Part shown: positions 60,253-64,000 of the stretch, piece after piece
Numbering within the stretch: position 1 is the stretch's first letter
How the letters are laid out: every line of letters starts with the position of its first letter
Assembly (NCBI GenBank): GCA_965649265.1
Contig: CBFGKC010000005.1
Location: 96,001-160,000, forward strand
Length of the DNA: 64,000 nt
DNA from: a candidate division WOR-3 bacterium
Lineage (GTDB): Bacteria; Hydrothermota; Tepidihabitantia; B3-TA06
Reading direction: 5' to 3'
Translations under genes and position numbers: made by a program
Notes under the pieces: model-generated
Database searches by the model: none
What the model saw: the letters and a program-made list of their open reading frames with translations, nothing else
What the model was told of the DNA's origin: nothing

Positions 60253-61848
60253 CTATTTCACGATTACGGCCTTCACCGGCTTTGCAGAGGCTCCTTCGGG
60301 CACGATGAAATAAACCCCGCACTTCTCCTGCACGAAGCCCTGATGTGTTACGGGTGTTACGGGTGTTACGGGTGTTACGGGCCATCGGATTGTACCCTGA
60401 GTTTGGGGAGAGTGCAGTTCGTCCACCTTGCGGCCCGACGCGTCGTAGACCTGCGCCCGGAAACCGTTAGTAAAGTTGGAATAACGAAGGGTGATCTCCG
60501 AGCCGATTGGAGAGACTATCTCCAGTTCTGAGGAGGGCTGGTGTGTTACGGGCGAGGAGGGCTCGGTGATGCCCACACCCATGTTCCAGTCGGTGACGAG
60601 GGCGTAGGCTTTCCAGGTTGTGTCGGGCTCCATGCGCGAGTACACCCACACGATGCGATCGGCGTTGCATGCGACTGCGGGCGGCTGCGGGTCGGCGTCG
60701 CATATCGTGTCAGCGCCGAAGGGCGGAGAAACCTCAAAGATGGCTGTACTTCGCCAGGGTTCGTTGTCTAAGAACTCGCCGAGAACCCCGGCCTGGTGCT
60801 GCCACATGATGAGGTTCGTGTCTTTGAACATCTTGTGTGCGCGGTCGAATGCGGCCACAAAATGTTCGCCGTCTATGTAGGTTGAATAGTCCCCGCGATA
60901 ACTACCCCACATGATTATAGTCGAGTCATTTTCATCAAACACCAACTGTTTTACAGAATGTCTGGATAAACCCTTTTCCGAAAACACCGTTCCCTTAAGT
61001 CTTGCTATTCCCATATTTCCGTCGAACCAGAAGATAACAAAGCGATCATTGTCAAGCCAGTGAGGCTCGGAGCGGCTGGCGTCCTGACCTGTAGGTCCAA
61101 CCTCCTCAACTTGATGACCTTCGGGCGCCCAGTCGAAAACAGGCTTGTTGTTCTTGTCAAATACCTGAAAACGAGCGTAGATCTGACCTGTCTGAACAAA
61201 CTTCAGCCAGGTTACGACAATGTCCCCAGAGTCGTTTAGCGCGACCTGAGGATACATTAAAGAACCTTCGCTCCAGGCACTATCATGTGCTATGAAAGGT
61301 TCACACAAAGGATTCCCTGTAAAATCATATCTTCGAATGTAAACATAGTTGGATCTGCCATCTCCGACTGCCCCATTCCAGACCACTGCAAACTGGTTTT
61401 GATTGTTGCAGCTAACCCCTAAAGGTTTTGTCTTTGTCAGATATCCCCGGTAAATGGCCTGCGGAGTATCCAGTGGGGTTCCGTCTTTATCGAATACCTG
61501 AAAACGCAGGTAGTTGTCGTTAGATAAATGTGTTGGTGATTCCGACCATAAGAGGACACTATTTCCTTCAGAGTCCATGTCCAGTTCCGGTTTACACACC
61601 CAAAAAGAATCTGTGCTTTTTTTGATCTTGATCGCATCGGTCGACGGAGCGCAGTTTCTTGAAAAAAACCTCACCCATAGTTTATAATTATCTTTTGTAC
61701 CTGTGCTGTCTATCCACGCAACTACTAATCTTCCATCTTGCGCCATATCTACTCGTGTTGCGACTTGCTGGTAGCCGGGACCGGCTTCACCGATTCTGAA
61801 CGGCTCTACCAAAACCCCAGCGAAAAGAACGACGCTTAAAACCCACAT
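60253..61848 (-). CDS. Secreted beta-rich protein with C-terminal T9SS-like sorting domain
   Basis: AAGGAGG RBS and signal peptide; repeated VxW..RFQVFD units; GITE..YDASGRKV..GVYF. Confidence 0.75.
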   Translation of the reverse strand: MWVLSVVLFAGVLVEPFRIGEAGPGYQQVATRVDMAQDGRLVVAWIDSTGTKDNYKLWVRFFSRNCAPSTDAIKIKKSTDSFWVCKPELDMDSEGNSVLLWSESPTHLSNDNYLRFQVFDKDGTPLDTPQAIYRGYLTKTKPLGVSCNNQNQFAVVWNGAVGDGRSNYVYIRRYDFTGNPLCEPFIAHDSAWSEGSLMYPQVALNDSGDIVVTWLKFVQTGQIYARFQVFDKNNKPVFDWAPEGHQVEEVGPTGQDASRSEPHWLDNDRFVIFWFDGNMGIARLKGTVFSEKGLSRHSVKQLVFDENDSTIIMWGSYRGDYSTYIDGEHFVAAFDRAHKMFKDTNLIMWQHQAGVLGEFLDNEPWRSTAIFEVSPPFGADTICDADPQPPAVACNADRIVWVYSRMEPDTTWKAYALVTDWNMGVGITEPSSPVTHQPSSELEIVSPIGSEITLRYSNFTNGFRAQVYDASGRKVDELHSPQTQGTIRWPVTPVTPVTPVTHQGFVQEKCGVYFIVPEGASAKPVKAVIVK

Positions 61849-61937
61849 AAAGGCCTCCTTTTTAAAGACTAGGCTGATTCGAAAGGTTGTCAAGGAGTTT
61901 GTGGAGGGGCATTAATGCCCCTCCACTCTTTGTTTTC

Positions 61938-62474
61938 TTACCAGGTTGACGCCCTTTCAAGATAAATAGTTCCGCCGCCTGAAACAGAGTAAGTACCACC
62001 CGATACATCCCAATTGCCGCCAGCAACAGGAGGTCTGCTATTGTAGTCAAAATAATTACCTGCACCGTCAGTATCCCAGGTTCCCCAGATATAGAGACCT
62101 GATTTGTTCGTGCTGGCGCACCATGTGCCTGAGCCTTCCTTGGTTCCACTCTGACCTGTTTCTTTTATGCCAGAAAACTTCGAGTGTGAACTGTATGTTG
62201 TACCGGTGAGAATAAGTGTATCGGGGGTCCCCTCGTTGTTTATGAAATAAGCCACGAAGCTGGTCGAATCGACAAGAAAGGTATCCACGTCACCGGAGTG
62301 GCAGACAGTACTGCCGCTTGAACTGGTAGGACTAAAGGTGTAGGTTTTCAGACTATAGGTAATGGTTCCGGTCGCAAAGAAGCCTGACCACTTTTCGTAG
62401 TAGGCCTGCGCTGTTGTTGCCGCCGCCAGCATAGTGATAATGACGGCGAGGATGAGGGCTTTATGTTTGCCCAT
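61938..62474 (-). CDS. Hypothetical secreted Ser/Thr/Gly-rich protein
   Basis: AGGAGG RBS; AQA signal cleavage site. Confidence 0.65.
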   Translation of the reverse strand: MGKHKALILAVIITMLAAATTAQAYYEKWSGFFATGTITYSLKTYTFSPTSSSGSTVCHSGDVDTFLVDSTSFVAYFINNEGTPDTLILTGTTYSSHSKFSGIKETGQSGTKEGSGTWCASTNKSGLYIWGTWDTDGAGNYFDYNSRPPVAGGNWDVSGGTYSVSGGGTIYLERASTW

Positions 62475-62661
62475 GGTTCCTCCTTTCTTCACTTCTCATT
62501 GTTTTTTTTCAGGAATCCTGTCTTTCCCGACTTACCCTCGTCGATATGATTATAGTCAAAAAAAAAACAGCATGTCAAGTTTTTTACGCCGCCAAGGTCT
62601 TCCGAAGCTGCTCAACTATCAATCCGATTGACAGGATTCTAAGTCGCCGTATGATTTGGGG

Positions 62662-64000
62662 ATGAGAGCGCAGGTGCAGCGTGCCGGAGCCGTGAGCCGC
62701 GGGGGGGGGAGGGTATACGTCTTCACGAGTGTCGTGTTTGCTATACTTGCAGCATATAAGACCATCCAGCACCTGACCTTCAACACCTACGCCTACGATC
62801 TTGGCATTCGCGCGAGCATCCTTTACAACATGGCGTTCCGCGGCCGGGTATGGGACTCGCTTCACAATCTGCACGGCTTCTCCGGTCACTTTCATCCCAT
62901 AAGTTACTTTCTGGCAGGACTTTACTGGATCTGGCCGAACGCCCTGCTCCTCTGCCTGCTCCAAGCTGCAGCGGTGAGCGCGGGGCTTCTTCTCTTCGTG
63001 CTGTTGATGGAGAGGCTTGTGGAAGACCCCAGATTGCATCTGCCGCTGATCGCGCTTTTTTTGATTAACCCCTTTTTGCATAACGTGTTGTGTTACGATT
63101 TTCATCCTGAGGTTTTCGCCATACCGTTGACTCTCTTATTTTTTCTCCTGATGGAGAGGGGCGATGAGAAGAACGAGGATAAAGGCGCAGGGCAGAATTC
63201 GGGCAGTGCACGGAGGAGGGGTTCCCGTGGCGATGGGAATCAACGTCTTGGGGTGCTCTGGTTGGCATTGATCCCTGCGCTTTGTCTTTTAGCGCTCAAG
63301 GAAGACATGGGAATCCTCGTCTTCTCGCTCGGAATCTTCTCTCTGTTAAAGAGGGGATGGGGGGCAGGAATCCTCTTGTGTGTTACGGGCCTTGCGTGGC
63401 TGCCCTTCGCGCTACTGTTCGTTATCCCGCACTTCCAATCGTCAGGACAACCCACCCTTATCTCCCTTCATTACCAGGGTCTGGGTTCCGATGGAGGAGA
63501 GATAATGGTCACACTGCTCAGGAAACCGTGGCTCATTTTGACGCAGGTCTTTGGAAGACCCCAGACGCTTTTGACCGTCGCCTTGCTCACGGCATCGGTC
63601 GGAGCGTTCGCGCTCACTCGCTGGGAGGCCGCGCTCGCCCTTCCCCTGCTTGCCGCCCACCTTGTGTCGAATAACCCTCACCAGATGGACCTCTTGTGGC
63701 ATTACTCTGCCGGCATCCTGCCTTTATTGTTGTATTCAACCCTTAAGGGCGTGCAAAGTCTGGCGTCCCGCATCAAGCCCGCCGGTCTCAGGGAGAGGAC
63801 AAGTGATCGGGTCAGTCCCGGGGTTCGCCGGAGAAGTTCAAAGAGCGCGCCGTGGCTGATCTGGGCGAGTCTCGTGCTCGCGGTGCCGGCCGTAATTCTG
63901 CGATTCCCCAATCCCTTCGCGGAGGGTATAAACCCTGCAAGGATCGAGGAGACGTATCGCCTGGCGGAAATGATTCCAGAGGACGCTTCGCTTTCTGTAT
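62662..64000 (+). CDS. DUF2079 family (GT-C-like) membrane protein; runs off the window edge
   Basis: Not in the ORF track; translated by hand with TYAYDLGI, GHFHPI, DFHPE and LKED motifs. Confidence 0.8.
   Translation, partial: MRAQVQRAGAVSRGGGRVYVFTSVVFAILAAYKTIQHLTFNTYAYDLGIRASILYNMAFRGRVWDSLHNLHGFSGHFHPISYFLAGLYWIWPNALLLCLLQAAAVSAGLLLFVLLMERLVEDPRLHLPLIALFLINPFLHNVLCYDFHPEVFAIPLTLLFFLLMERGDEKNEDKGAGQNSGSARRRGSRGDGNQRLGVLWLALIPALCLLALKEDMGILVFSLGIFSLLKRGWGAGILLCVTGLAWLPFALLFVIPHFQSSGQPTLISLHYQGLGSDGGEIMVTLLRKPWLILTQVFGRPQTLLTVALLTASVGAFALTRWEAALALPLLAAHLVSNNPHQMDLLWHYSAGILPLLLYSTLKGVQSLASRIKPAGLRERTSDRVSPGVRRRSSKSAPWLIWASLVLAVPAVILRFPNPFAEGINPARIEETYRLAEMIPEDASLSV

Overview
Bacterial chromosomal window of roughly 55% GC (by eye). 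It probably comes from an anaerobic diderm of the FCB/WOR-3-like group; this is inferred from six secreted proteins ending in a FlgD-Ig/T9SS-like 'GxYF...K' C-terminal domain. In order, it holds two arylsulfotransferase-like paralogs, a five-gene NqrB-F/Rnf-like operon with no nqrA/rnfC followed by a rubredoxin, and an O2/metal-stress region (fRMsr, AhpD-like, ferritins, desulfoferrodoxin, CopA plus three HMA proteins, ArsC, Mrp). Next come a RAYT with flanking REP doublets, an ECF sigma/anti-sigma pair, an operon of a beta-barrel, four DOMON proteins and a small bis-His membrane protein, and an orphan gasdermin-like gene. The rest encodes a 2-oxoacid dehydrogenase E1a/E1b/E2, a C25 peptidase, detox genes, a nuclease plus TcmP/DUF5131 pair and transglutaminase-like paralogs. 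The strongest novelty candidates are the DOMON heme-b conduit operon, the protease-less gasdermin-like gene, the truncated Nqr-like complex, and several DNA-level repeat families (CCCGTAACA and CCCTCCTCG 9-mers, GGGGTCCCC variable hairpins) that also enter coding sequence. No rRNA, tRNA or CRISPR array was seen. All family calls come from motif recognition by eye, not database searches.
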